A stretch of DNA of 64,000 nucleotides from Bdellovibrionota bacterium (GTDB lineage: Bacteria > Bdellovibrionota > FAC87 > UBA2466): assembly GCA_041749855.1 (NCBI GenBank), contig JBGTAN010000040.1, positions 7,921 through 71,920 on the forward strand, read 5' to 3'. The notes under the pieces are model-generated. The model did no database searches, was not told where the DNA came from, and worked only from the letters and a program-made list of their open reading frames with translations. Shown here piece by piece: positions 18,282 through 27,049 of the stretch (positions are counted from its first letter, which is position 1; each line of letters begins with the position of its first letter). The position numbers and the translations under genes were made by a program.

Positions 18282-19202
18282 ATGGCTTTGAAAACTCAAT
18301 GGGCGGGGTTGGGATACGGGCTCGCTGCCGTCGCAGCCTACACCGCGTTTATGATTCTCACTCGGGAGGTGGTTGTTAGCGGACGGCTAGAAGCGGTGGA
18401 CCTAGTTGCCGTACGTTTTCTATTTGCTGGCCTCTTTTTCCTCGCATTGAGGCGAGTCCCTGGTGCCACCCTCTCCAATTCCTGCATCGACTGGAGAAAA
18501 GCATTGGCTTTAGCGCTCATGCTCGGCCCTCCCTACGTTTTGCTCGTATCGAGTGGACTGACTCTATCTCCAGCGCGGGACGCTGCTACTTTCATCAATG
18601 GGTCTATGGTGCTCTCGAGCGCGGCATTCGCGTTTCTTATTTTGAGAGAACGTTTCAGCGCCATCAAGTTACTCGGCCTGGGGATACTCGCCTCAGGATT
18701 GGCACTTTCAGGAGGCGTATTTGCTGCGAATTGGAATCTAAGCCCCGGCCTCGGTCTATTCATTCTTGGCGGCGTACTATGGGCTGCCTACGGAGTTTTA
18801 CTAAAGAAATGGAACCTGAGCGGGTTCCAGGCGGCTGAAGTAACGAGTATTTTGCCGCTCGTTACATTTGTACCAATCGTTTTGGTTCTGCGATGGGATC
18901 GTTGGATTGCCTATGACCTTTCGACAATCGTCTGGAACGGATTATTTCAAGGCGTACTAGTGGCGGGATTGGCTCTCATAGCATTTAGTAAGAGCGTCGA
19001 GATCTTAGGCCCTTCACGAAGTAGTCTCTTAATGCCGTTAGTTCCAATTTTTACTTTGGTGGCCGGAGCATTAATCTTGAAAGAGTCACCCGAGCTGCAT
19101 GAGACGGGAGGTACTCTGCTCGTCGTTCTTGGGATCCTATTCGGACTCGCACGCCCTTCATCTCCGGCACAGAATGCCGCAATCTCTCTCAAGAGAGCTT
19201 GA
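18282..19202 (+). CDS. DMT-superfamily (EamA-like) transporter
   Basis: 306 aa with ten predicted TM helices in two EamA-like halves; divergent from the XRE-cupin regulator. Confidence 0.7.
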   Translation: MALKTQWAGLGYGLAAVAAYTAFMILTREVVVSGRLEAVDLVAVRFLFAGLFFLALRRVPGATLSNSCIDWRKALALALMLGPPYVLLVSSGLTLSPARDAATFINGSMVLSSAAFAFLILRERFSAIKLLGLGILASGLALSGGVFAANWNLSPGLGLFILGGVLWAAYGVLLKKWNLSGFQAAEVTSILPLVTFVPIVLVLRWDRWIAYDLSTIVWNGLFQGVLVAGLALIAFSKSVEILGPSRSSLLMPLVPIFTLVAGALILKESPELHETGGTLLVVLGILFGLARPSSPAQNAAISLKRA

Positions 19203-19276
19203 TCAAACATGACTCTGTTTCATGAAGGTGAGACGGACTGGCTATTACCGTTTTTTCATTGCGATGAACAATGTGC

Positions 19277-19715
19277 TAGAACTCTTCTCGGATTGGTTCA
19301 CTATCCACAAGGTCATTGACGATCGAGGTCACCTCGTAGCGGAACCAGTCATCGAATTTCAACTCCGCAAGGTTTTTGGGCCACCAGTTGGGTTCAGTGC
19401 ACCAGGCTTCTAGATTTTTCACAAAGACCGTTGGAGACACCAGCTTTAGTAGATCCTCGAATTCATCGTCGAACCCGTATGGTGGCAGGAGGTAGACACC
19501 GGGTTCAAGGTTTACATTGGAGAGAGAGAGTAGACATGTCCGGGTTCATTGTCGGGTAATCCGTTTAGCCAGTCGAGGAATGGTTGTTTGGCCCATACTA
19601 TCAACGCACTTCGGTCCCACATGAATATCGGAGGCGAGCCAAGGTAGACAACCCTACCTGGAGTCCCCTGCTTGGACTTTGCATTCTTTTGAGTTGTCTT
19701 GGTGATCTTCTCCAT
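19277..19715 (-). pseudogene. hypothetical gene interrupted by a short insertion/duplication
   Basis: Part 1 (19512-19715) ends ..LPDNEPGHVYSLSPM*. A second frame continues ..NLEPGVYLLPPYGFDDEFEDLLKLVSPTVFVKNLEAWCTEPNWWPKNLAELKFDDWFRYEVTSIVNDLVDSEPIREEF*. The junction carries an imperfect direct repeat GTAGACA(c)CGGGTTC / GTAGACATGTCCGGGTTC. Confidence 0.4.
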
Positions 19716-19783
19716 TGGCTTTTTGGATTCGATCCACCATCAAGAGAGAAGAGGGAAACTGTGGTGCCCCAAGGACCAAGGAG

Positions 19784-19869
19784 TGGCGGAGGGTGAGAGA
19801 CTCGAACTCTCAAGTGGTTTCCCACGCCGCATTTCGAATGCGGTGCCTTACCAATTAGACTAACCCTCC
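19784..19869 (-). tRNA. tRNA-Ser (anticodon CGA)
   Basis: Hand-folded cloverleaf: acceptor GGAGGGT/ACCCTCC, D-stem GTCT/AGGC, anticodon stem CCGCA/TGCGG with loop TTCGAAA, 15-nt long variable arm (GTGG-GAAA-CCAC), T-arm GAGAG-TTCGAGT-CTCTC, discriminator G, encoded CCA. Confidence 0.9.
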
Positions 19870-19922
19870 CCTATAAATGAGGAAGACGGAGTTTCGCGTC
19901 GCAAGGTGAATTTGTAAAGCAG

Positions 19923-20486
19923 TCAGCGTGAGAGAAGCAGTAGGCGCCACGCTTTTGCCCCAGCGTCTTTATAAAGCACGAGGGTGGCCGCCCCGTAGCC
20001 CCACTTTGTCGCATTATAGATAACCGGAGCATCTGGTGACACATCGCTATTCAAGCGGTACTCAACCGCCCTTAGAAACTCCTGCCACTCGGCATCTTCA
20101 TCGAATTTCCGAGAACCCGCCAAGTACAAAATCCCACTCGCTACGGTCCGCCAGCACGCGCTACCCCAAGAGCTCTTTTTGTTGGCACGGCCCCCAATAC
20201 TGTAAAGAACCTCCGTAATAGTGCCGTAGCCCGTAAACAGTCGCCGTTCTATGGCAGGGAGTGCGGAGATTTGCCCTTCGAGTTCGGGCTTAAGCCTTTT
20301 AAGCGCCTCGCGCGCTTGCTTACGATTCTTCGCAACCGCCCTTAGGCTTTCACCGCCACATGCCACTCCTATTAGGACCTGAAGCAAGGCGAAAGAGCAG
20401 GGTTTCGCCTGTTCCTCTGCATGGGCCGTTTGAAGCAACATGGCAAATCCTGCAACAAGTGCAAGCGACTGACTGGCTTTTCGCAT
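19923..20486 (-). CDS. hypothetical secreted protein
   Basis: Signal peptide MRKASQSLALVAGFAMLLQTAHA; no recognised domain. Confidence 0.4.
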   Translation of the reverse strand: MRKASQSLALVAGFAMLLQTAHAEEQAKPCSFALLQVLIGVACGGESLRAVAKNRKQAREALKRLKPELEGQISALPAIERRLFTGYGTITEVLYSIGGRANKKSSWGSACWRTVASGILYLAGSRKFDEDAEWQEFLRAVEYRLNSDVSPDAPVIYNATKWGYGAATLVLYKDAGAKAWRLLLLSR

Positions 20487-20537
20487 GGGCGACGGATTAG
20501 CACATCCGCTGCCGTCGTTCAAACAGCCGACTTTGGC

Positions 20538-20876
20538 TTAGTAGTACAGAACAGGGTACAGCGGGCGAATGCGGTACTTGTTCAAATCGATGAAGCTTGC
20601 GCCGCCGTAACCGCCCCAACCTCGGTACCCACCGAAAGAGCCGCCATAGAGCGCTTGTCCGTTGAAATTGACCGACACAGAGAAACGACGCGATTGACGG
20701 TAGTACGGGTAGTAAGTCCGATAAGCGCCGTTCGGCTGGTAGTAAGTAAACGGTGCTGGTTCGCAATAACTCGCGGTGCAAGGCGGAAACCCACCGCTAG
20801 AATGACTGCTATGGGCTTCGGCAGATCCCGCACCCAAAGACAGTAACAACCCAAAAGCTAAAACCACGTTACGCAT
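20538..20876 (-). CDS. small secreted Gly/Tyr-rich protein
   Basis: MRNVVLAFGLLLSLGAGSAEA signal, then Tyr/Gly-rich low-complexity sequence (YYQPNGAYRTYYPYYRQ...GGYRGWGGYGG). Confidence 0.4.
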   Translation of the reverse strand: MRNVVLAFGLLLSLGAGSAEAHSSHSSGGFPPCTASYCEPAPFTYYQPNGAYRTYYPYYRQSRRFSVSVNFNGQALYGGSFGGYRGWGGYGGASFIDLNKYRIRPLYPVLYY

Positions 20877-21019
20877 AAGCGCCTCCTACGATTCACAAAC
20901 CACGAGTGGTGCATTAAAGTGCACGCTACGTGCCGTCGGCGGTAGCTTGAAGTGACAGATGTATTCTCGTAGAGCTATCTCTTAGGTTCATTCACGCGTT
21001 TAAAACCTAGGCGGGAAAG

Positions 21020-21496
21020 ATGCATTACTGGTTGATGAAAACCGAACCCGAAACCTTCTCCTTTGAAGACCTTTGCAAAGCACCCCAGCGCACCACCTGC
21101 TGGGAGGGCGTGCGAAACTATCAGGCTCGCAACCTATTGCGCGACTCAGTCAAGCTGGGAGATCGTGTTTTGATTTACCATAGCAACATCGAGATCCCCG
21201 CCATTGCCGGTGTGGCGGAAGTCGTGCGCGAGGGCTACCCCGATCCCCATGCGCTCAACCCCAAGAGTGAATACTACGATCAGAAAGCAGCCAAAAAGGG
21301 AGCGTCGCCTTGGTACATGGTCGATGTCCGCGCGATCTCCAGGTTTCAATCCCCCGTTTCACGCGATCAGCTCAAAGCAGGAAGTGCTTTCAAGAATATG
21401 ATGGTTCTCAAAAAGGGCGCGCGGCTCTCCGTGCAACCGGTCACGGCAAAAGAATTTGAAAAGATTGTCGCGCTGGGAAAAGCCGTCGCGCTATAA
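21020..21496 (+). CDS. EVE (PUA-like) domain protein
   Basis: MHYWLMKTEPETFSFEDL..WEGVRNYQARNLLRDSVKLGDRVLIYHSN matches the EVE-domain signature. Confidence 0.7.
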   Translation: MHYWLMKTEPETFSFEDLCKAPQRTTCWEGVRNYQARNLLRDSVKLGDRVLIYHSNIEIPAIAGVAEVVREGYPDPHALNPKSEYYDQKAAKKGASPWYMVDVRAISRFQSPVSRDQLKAGSAFKNMMVLKKGARLSVQPVTAKEFEKIVALGKAVAL

Positions 21497-21764
21497 AATC
21501 GCGTCGAACTTATAGACACCCGCCCAACCCAATCCACCCTGAAGTGATTGGAACCACCCCGGTTTCAACCCCTAATGAAAACCGTTCAGTCAGCGCCTAG
21601 GCGGACGACACGATAACTCCGCGAATCTTATACACTTTGGGAAAACCGCCCAGGCTGTCGACAAAAACCTTTCCAGCGCACGCACGCATTTCTGGCACGA
21701 AACTGGAACTCCTTAAAGGTAGGCGAAGAACGGATTTTCGCCTCACCTCCAAGGTTAGAAATCG

Positions 21765-22049
21765 ATGAAGCTCATACTCAGTACGTTAGCTGCTTTAGCT
21801 TTAATGATGATCTCCCAAACGGCTTACGCTTGGTCTGAATCGGTGGAAGGCGACCACCCGGACGACGCCTACTACTACGAAATCACATACAGCCAGTGCG
21901 TTTTCAAATACGAACAGTCAGAGCACTCGGACGCCGCCATTGCTTGCGTGTGCCACTTGCTTGCCAATCACGCCGTTGCTTGGCGCGACCACGGAGAATC
22001 GGCTCCTAGTGTGTCCGAATCGGAGGAGCGTCGCTGCCTGCGACGATAA
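21765..22049 (+). CDS. small secreted hypothetical protein
   Basis: Signal peptide MKLILSTLAALALMMISQTAYA; 94 aa with several Cys/His. Confidence 0.3.
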   Translation: MKLILSTLAALALMMISQTAYAWSESVEGDHPDDAYYYEITYSQCVFKYEQSEHSDAAIACVCHLLANHAVAWRDHGESAPSVSESEERRCLRR

Positions 22050-22066
22050 GCGGACTTGGGATGAAC

Positions 22067-23002
22067 TCACGACCGCGCGGCGACGCCGCGCAAACTCTGT
22101 GCGACTTCTCGAATCCAATTCAGACGTGACTCTCCTAACCGCTCCTCGAGCGGATCGAAAATCCTATCCAAATATTCAATCGCAAGCGACTTAGCGCGCA
22201 TCCCCAGCGCTTGGGATTCCGTCCAGTGCTCCAGGTACCCCGGGTCAGGAAGGCATCGTACCGCTTCTTTAAAGCGCTCATACTCTTCCGGCGAGCTCGC
22301 ATTAGCGGCAACCGCCCAGACCCAGCCAGGACGGCCATCGCGCCATTGCGGGTAGCCGCCGCCCAGCTGCGGATCGGTCTTCATCAGGGCAATGTCTTCG
22401 AACATCTGAACGACCATCCCAAACGAAGTACCAAATTCTTTAAGCAATGCGGCAGTGGGAGCGTCCGCTTCCGCCAAGGCCGCCCCCAGACTCGCAGCCA
22501 ATCCAAATAGGGCGCCCGCTTTGAGTTCCATGCAAGCCAGCGCCGTATCGAACACTTTGTCCTGCGGCAGTAGGTCGACCGTTGGCCCCACTTCCAATAC
22601 GGAGCTCAGCTCCACTCGAGACAGCGCCTCTATGCAAAGCTGATAGACCTGGACCTGCTGCGACTCCGTCAGTTTCCAGTGTGAAAGCTCGGTGAGCGGC
22701 TGAAGCGCAAGCCAACGACTCGCCTGACCGGCCTGCGGGGACATTCGAATCGCATCCACCAGCCACTCCGCCCGACGACACAGTTCCTGCTTGCGATCCG
22801 CAGGCGTTTTGCCGTGGTCTGCCACTTCAAAAGCAAAGGTGACGACTTGAGAGCAAACGTCACCCCCGCCCGCTTTAAGCAATTTGCCGATGGGCTTAAG
22901 AAGCGTTTCTTCGAGTCGCTCCGATTGCACCCCCGGCGAACTAAAACGCAGAGCGCCCAACAACCGATTTGGAGAAGGCAAAGGGTGAGAGATTTCGGAC
23001 AT
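22067..23002 (-). CDS. polyprenyl-synthetase-like (isoprenoid synthase fold) protein with degenerate Asp-rich motifs
   Basis: All-helical protein. Where the first DDxxD motif is expected it has FEVADHGKTPADRK, and at the second GTSFGMVVQMFEDIALMKTD. The ORF opens at 23086, but a start at MSEISH.. (23002) avoids overlap with the divergent gene. Confidence 0.4.
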   Translation of the reverse strand: MSEISHPLPSPNRLLGALRFSSPGVQSERLEETLLKPIGKLLKAGGGDVCSQVVTFAFEVADHGKTPADRKQELCRRAEWLVDAIRMSPQAGQASRWLALQPLTELSHWKLTESQQVQVYQLCIEALSRVELSSVLEVGPTVDLLPQDKVFDTALACMELKAGALFGLAASLGAALAEADAPTAALLKEFGTSFGMVVQMFEDIALMKTDPQLGGGYPQWRDGRPGWVWAVAANASSPEEYERFKEAVRCLPDPGYLEHWTESQALGMRAKSLAIEYLDRIFDPLEERLGESRLNWIREVAQSLRGVAARS

Positions 23003-23057
23003 CTGCGAAAGAATACGGTACCTTGACAGGACTGGCAACCGTTGCCAGAAGGCATCA

Positions 23058-25349
23058 GTGATTGCGAAAATAAAACTCTTTTTCACGTCGATTGAGCGGC
23101 CGCTGGCCCTAGCACTTGCCGTGGTCGCCCTGCTCTATCTGGTGGGATACGGCCTGTTGGGTTTTCTGCTTTCGCCCCTGGATTACAACCACCTAGCCTC
23201 CTACTACGAACTGGCGTGGCGCTTCTGGTGGGACTCTCCAGGACTCCCTCATTACAATCCGTTTTTCTGTGGGGGACGCACGCTAGGCGCCGATCCTCAG
23301 ATTCCCGTTTTTCACCCCCTTACCCTTTTAGTTCCTCTGCTAGGCCCTGTTTGGCTTTTAAAGGGGGAGATGCTCGCGCAGCTCCTGTTCGGCACATGGG
23401 CCTTGAACCGGTGGCTTGCCCGATGGGGATGTTCCGCTTCGGCCCGCGCATGGGGATTATTTCTATTCTGCGCCGGAGGCTTCACGGTTGCGCGCTTTCT
23501 GGTGGGACATGTCACCTTAGGCTTCTATGCCTTAACCCCTGTTTACTTCTGGCTCGCGTACGAGTTTGAGGACGCGTCTCGGCGCACTCAAGGATGGTAC
23601 TTGCTTGGGGCAATCGGGTTGTTTGCCTACTGTGGATTGTACAAACCGAACTTCTTTATCTATGCGCTCCCACCGCTGCTCTTCGAGGCTTGCTTGCGGG
23701 CTTATTTGTCTCGCAGCTTCCGTCCCATTTGTTTTTTCATGATCGCGGCCGCAACAAGCGGTGCGCTGTGCGCTGTTACCCTTCTGCCTTCTCAGAATTA
23801 CTTCTCGCTTTTCCCGCGCTCTCAAGACGCCGGTCCCAAAGCCGTGCCTCTTTACTCGCTGTTCGCCAATTTGGTTCTGCCGCTCAAAGCGATACCGGCC
23901 GCGTTGTACGGCAGCGCTTTCATGCAGCGCCATGAGTACAGCGTTTTTGTGGGACCCGTTGCCTTATGGTTTGCGTGGAAAGCCAGGACACGCCTTGTGC
24001 CCATCCGAGCCCAAAGCTTAGCGCTGTTTGGATTTGGGATTTTCAGTGCTTGGTTGGGAATGGGCTGGAGTGGCAACGCGCCCCTGACACCGTTTTCCTG
24101 GCTGTATGCCGCGTGGCCCGGATTCGATAGTGTCCGCGTGCCCGTGCGTTTCTGGTTTGGCGTTTACCTCACAGCGATCGTGTTTTCTGCAATGGGTTTT
24201 ACCTGGCCAGCGTCTGCGTTTAAGCGCGCGCTCCTGGTGGGGCTGGGCATCCTCCCGGTGCTGATTGCGGCAATGATCAATCTGAGTAAGCCGATACTCA
24301 ATGCCACTCAAACTCAATGGTTCCCTGCGCGACAGTACTCGAAGCCAATCGCCCAAACGCACGGGTCGCCCGACTACCCCTATGATCTCACCCGCCAGGG
24401 CCTGGGCATCATTGAGTGCGTGGAAAACCTCGATGCAGGACGCTCACCGCTTCTTCGATCAGGAGAACTGCTTTCCACGCGTTCCGATCGTCCGCTTTCA
24501 CTCGACGCCCGTTGGCTCTCTTGGAACCACATTCGCTTTTCCGGGCACTCGGGCACGGCGCAACGGCTCGCCTTTAATTTCAACCACCACCCTCAGTGGA
24601 CATCGACGTCCCCCACGGCCACCGTCGTTTCGTCTTGGGGAGAGCCGCTTACGCTGTCTGTTCCCGCTGGAAGTTTTTCTGGCGATTTAACATTTCATCA
24701 ACCCCGCGTGGCCTGGGGACTTGGCATTAGCTTAGTTACTTTGGCTGCACTCATTGGCTTCTTTTCCTGGCAGCGTAATCGTTCCGGACAGCCACGGACG
24801 ATTGGGCTCACCGGAGGAATCGGGTCGGGCAAAACAGAAGTAGGCCGGTTACTGGCTGCTAAGGGTTGGTGGGTCGTGGATCTCGACGCCGAAGGGCGCA
24901 AGCTGCTTTCGGAAAATGCTCTGCTAAGAACCCAAGTAGAACAAGCTCTGGGTACCGTCGATAGATCGGAGCTGAGAAAAGCCATCTTCGAAGATGCGGC
25001 CAAGCGGCGTACTTTGGAAAAGCTGCTGCACCCAGCCCTCATGGCCGGTTTCTGGGAGCGCGTGAAGCAGGCGCGAAAGAGCAAGGTCCCGGTGGTCGTT
25101 TGCGAAGCAGCCCTTTTGATAGAGGCGGGTTACCACACCCTTTTCGACGATCTCTGGGTAGTGACTGCACCGTTAGAGATCCGACGGCAACGCGCCAAAG
25201 CGCGTGATGGTATTTCAGATGCGCAGTTCGATGCGATGGTAAGGGCACAAACTACTGAAGAAACTAGAGTGCGGCTGGCAGATCAGGTCATCGGCAATTC
25301 AGGCTCTCTCACCGACCTGACCCACGCTATTTCTTTGATTGCAGTTTAG
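23058..25349 (+). CDS. coaE: polytopic membrane protein (GT-C-like) fused or overlapping with C-terminal dephospho-CoA kinase
   Basis: The last ~190 aa (TIGLTGGIGSGKTEVGRLLAAKGWWVVDLDAEGRKLL...) form a complete CoaE domain with P-loop. The preceding ~570 aa hold more than 12 TM helices, and no in-frame ATG/GTG lies directly before the CoaE domain. Confidence 0.65.
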   Translation: MIAKIKLFFTSIERPLALALAVVALLYLVGYGLLGFLLSPLDYNHLASYYELAWRFWWDSPGLPHYNPFFCGGRTLGADPQIPVFHPLTLLVPLLGPVWLLKGEMLAQLLFGTWALNRWLARWGCSASARAWGLFLFCAGGFTVARFLVGHVTLGFYALTPVYFWLAYEFEDASRRTQGWYLLGAIGLFAYCGLYKPNFFIYALPPLLFEACLRAYLSRSFRPICFFMIAAATSGALCAVTLLPSQNYFSLFPRSQDAGPKAVPLYSLFANLVLPLKAIPAALYGSAFMQRHEYSVFVGPVALWFAWKARTRLVPIRAQSLALFGFGIFSAWLGMGWSGNAPLTPFSWLYAAWPGFDSVRVPVRFWFGVYLTAIVFSAMGFTWPASAFKRALLVGLGILPVLIAAMINLSKPILNATQTQWFPARQYSKPIAQTHGSPDYPYDLTRQGLGIIECVENLDAGRSPLLRSGELLSTRSDRPLSLDARWLSWNHIRFSGHSGTAQRLAFNFNHHPQWTSTSPTATVVSSWGEPLTLSVPAGSFSGDLTFHQPRVAWGLGISLVTLAALIGFFSWQRNRSGQPRTIGLTGGIGSGKTEVGRLLAAKGWWVVDLDAEGRKLLSENALLRTQVEQALGTVDRSELRKAIFEDAAKRRTLEKLLHPALMAGFWERVKQARKSKVPVVVCEAALLIEAGYHTLFDDLWVVTAPLEIRRQRAKARDGISDAQFDAMVRAQTTEETRVRLADQVIGNSGSLTDLTHAISLIAV

Positions 25350-26163
25350 CCGCAAGACAAACGTTCTTCATGAGCATTGCGATGGTCATCGGGCCCACAC
25401 CGCCCGGCACGGGGGTAATCGCTCCGGCTTTGGAAGAAACAGAATCGTAGTCCACATCCCCACACAAACCTGCTTCGGTGCGATGAATGCCTACGTCAAT
25501 GACCGTTGCCCCTTCTCGAATGTGTTCTGCTTTGAGAAAGCGGGCTTTTCCCGCCGCCACCACAAGAATGTCGGCAGACGCGGTATGTGACATCAAGTCC
25601 TTCGTTTTGGTATGGCAAACGGTGACAGTTGCGTTTGCGTTCAGCAGCAACTGCGCCATGGGTCGCCCCACAATATCACTACGCCCGATCACCACGGCGC
25701 GCGCCCCCTCGATGGCTATCTGACCGTGTTTTAAGATCTCGATCACTCCAGCGGGCGTACAAGGTGAAAATCTCGGCTCGCCCAGAAAGAGCAGGCCCGC
25801 GTTCTCGGGATGCAAACCATCCACATCTTTCAGAGGATCTACTTCCTTGAGTACTTTTCTCTTATCGATATGAGCAGGCAGCGGAAGTTGCACCAAAATC
25901 CCATTCACTTCGGAATCGCGATTGAGTTTGCGAATGGCCAGTATCAAATCTTCTTCGGTTGTCGTTGCGGCGAGCTCAATCGTCTCCCCTCGCATGCCCA
26001 AGTCCAAACACTTCTTCCGCTTGGCTTTGACATAGGTTTGGGAGGCCGGGTCTTCCCCCACCAGCACCACCACCAGCTTAGGAACAATGGGAAGCAGCGA
26101 TAAATCCAGCAACAGCTTCTCATACACTGCTTCAGCGACTGCTTTTCCGCTTAAGGTCTTCAT
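25327..26163 (-). CDS. folD: bifunctional methylenetetrahydrofolate dehydrogenase/cyclohydrolase
   Basis: 278 aa, MKTLSGKAVAEAVYEKL.. and the conserved FolD body (VGEDPASQTYVKAKRK, GRSDIVGRPMA). Confidence 0.9.
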   Translation of the reverse strand: MKTLSGKAVAEAVYEKLLLDLSLLPIVPKLVVVLVGEDPASQTYVKAKRKKCLDLGMRGETIELAATTTEEDLILAIRKLNRDSEVNGILVQLPLPAHIDKRKVLKEVDPLKDVDGLHPENAGLLFLGEPRFSPCTPAGVIEILKHGQIAIEGARAVVIGRSDIVGRPMAQLLLNANATVTVCHTKTKDLMSHTASADILVVAAGKARFLKAEHIREGATVIDVGIHRTEAGLCGDVDYDSVSSKAGAITPVPGGVGPMTIAMLMKNVCLAAKLQSKK

Positions 26164-26299
26164 TTCAACGTTTCTCTTCGGGAAAACATAGACCTAAACC
26201 GTCAGGATTTCGAGGGATTTTCAGGATACCCGCTTACCATGTTGCTCTGCGGCACTTTATTGAAGACAGGGATAAGCCCGTTTGCTAACGCATTAGACG

Positions 26300-27049
26300 A
26301 TGCTCCAAATTGCGAAACTGGTCGGTCTGTTCTTTAGCCTTTCGGCTTTCGCCGCTCCACAGTTCGATGCCTCTTTACTCGCCAGTTTTGAACGCCGAAC
26401 GGACGCCGATTTCCCGCAAGAGCTACTCGGATTTGAACCGCGCGTACGTGCAGTTTTTGGGGACACTGCTTCAATTTCTTTGAGAGCTGGATTTCAGCAA
26501 CCACTGCAGCCTTATTTGACCGGGCGCATTGCGTTCGTAGAGTGTATGGGACTCTGGACCCCTCGACCGGGGCTCTGGGTGCCCGGTCTTTTCGTACAGG
26601 TTGCTGGGCCGGAGCTTCAGGACTGGCGCCGAGAGGGGATGCAACTGCGAAACGCAGGTGGCGCCTACCTGCGATGGCAGCCCAAGCAGTGGTTTTGGGC
26701 CGCAGCCGCTGCAGGGCCCTATTGGACGGCATCGACCTACTCTCACACCGCAAGTGGGGAAGCCGTCTCTGAAGCGGGCCTTCTCCAACAACTCACCCTA
26801 ACGCTCCAGCTGCAGACCCTGCGCGTTGAGGTGCTAGCTGAAGCCGTGCAGGACTATAATGGACAGTGGGCTAATGCTTTCTTCACTCAGGAGCGCATCA
26901 GCATTGCGTTGACGCATTTTTTTTCGGTGGGTGTGAGCCACCAACTCAATGTCGCTAGTCGAGATCTAGCGACAGGACAGACGCGTTCTATCGCTTTCTT
27001 TGATGGGCGAGATAGTCGCTTTGCGGGGTTCATGCAATGGCGCATCTAA
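26300..27049 (+). CDS. hypothetical secreted protein, possibly an outer-membrane beta-barrel
   Basis: Signal peptide MLQIAKLVGLFFSLSAFA; alternating hydrophobic pattern and aromatic C-terminus ..FMQWRI. Confidence 0.35.
   Translation: MLQIAKLVGLFFSLSAFAAPQFDASLLASFERRTDADFPQELLGFEPRVRAVFGDTASISLRAGFQQPLQPYLTGRIAFVECMGLWTPRPGLWVPGLFVQVAGPELQDWRREGMQLRNAGGAYLRWQPKQWFWAAAAAGPYWTASTYSHTASGEAVSEAGLLQQLTLTLQLQTLRVEVLAEAVQDYNGQWANAFFTQERISIALTHFFSVGVSHQLNVASRDLATGQTRSIAFFDGRDSRFAGFMQWRI

Noticed and set aside
21680-21700. TGGCAC-N5-TGGAA resembling a sigma-54 -24/-12 promoter upstream of 21765
   Set aside because: The -12 element lacks the conserved GC (TTGCA/W), and no enhancer-binding-protein gene is nearby.
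22067-23086. Full 339-aa extent of the polyprenyl-synthase-like ORF
   Set aside because: The first 28 codons would overlap the divergent membrane-protein/coaE gene start. The shorter start at 23002 is preferred.
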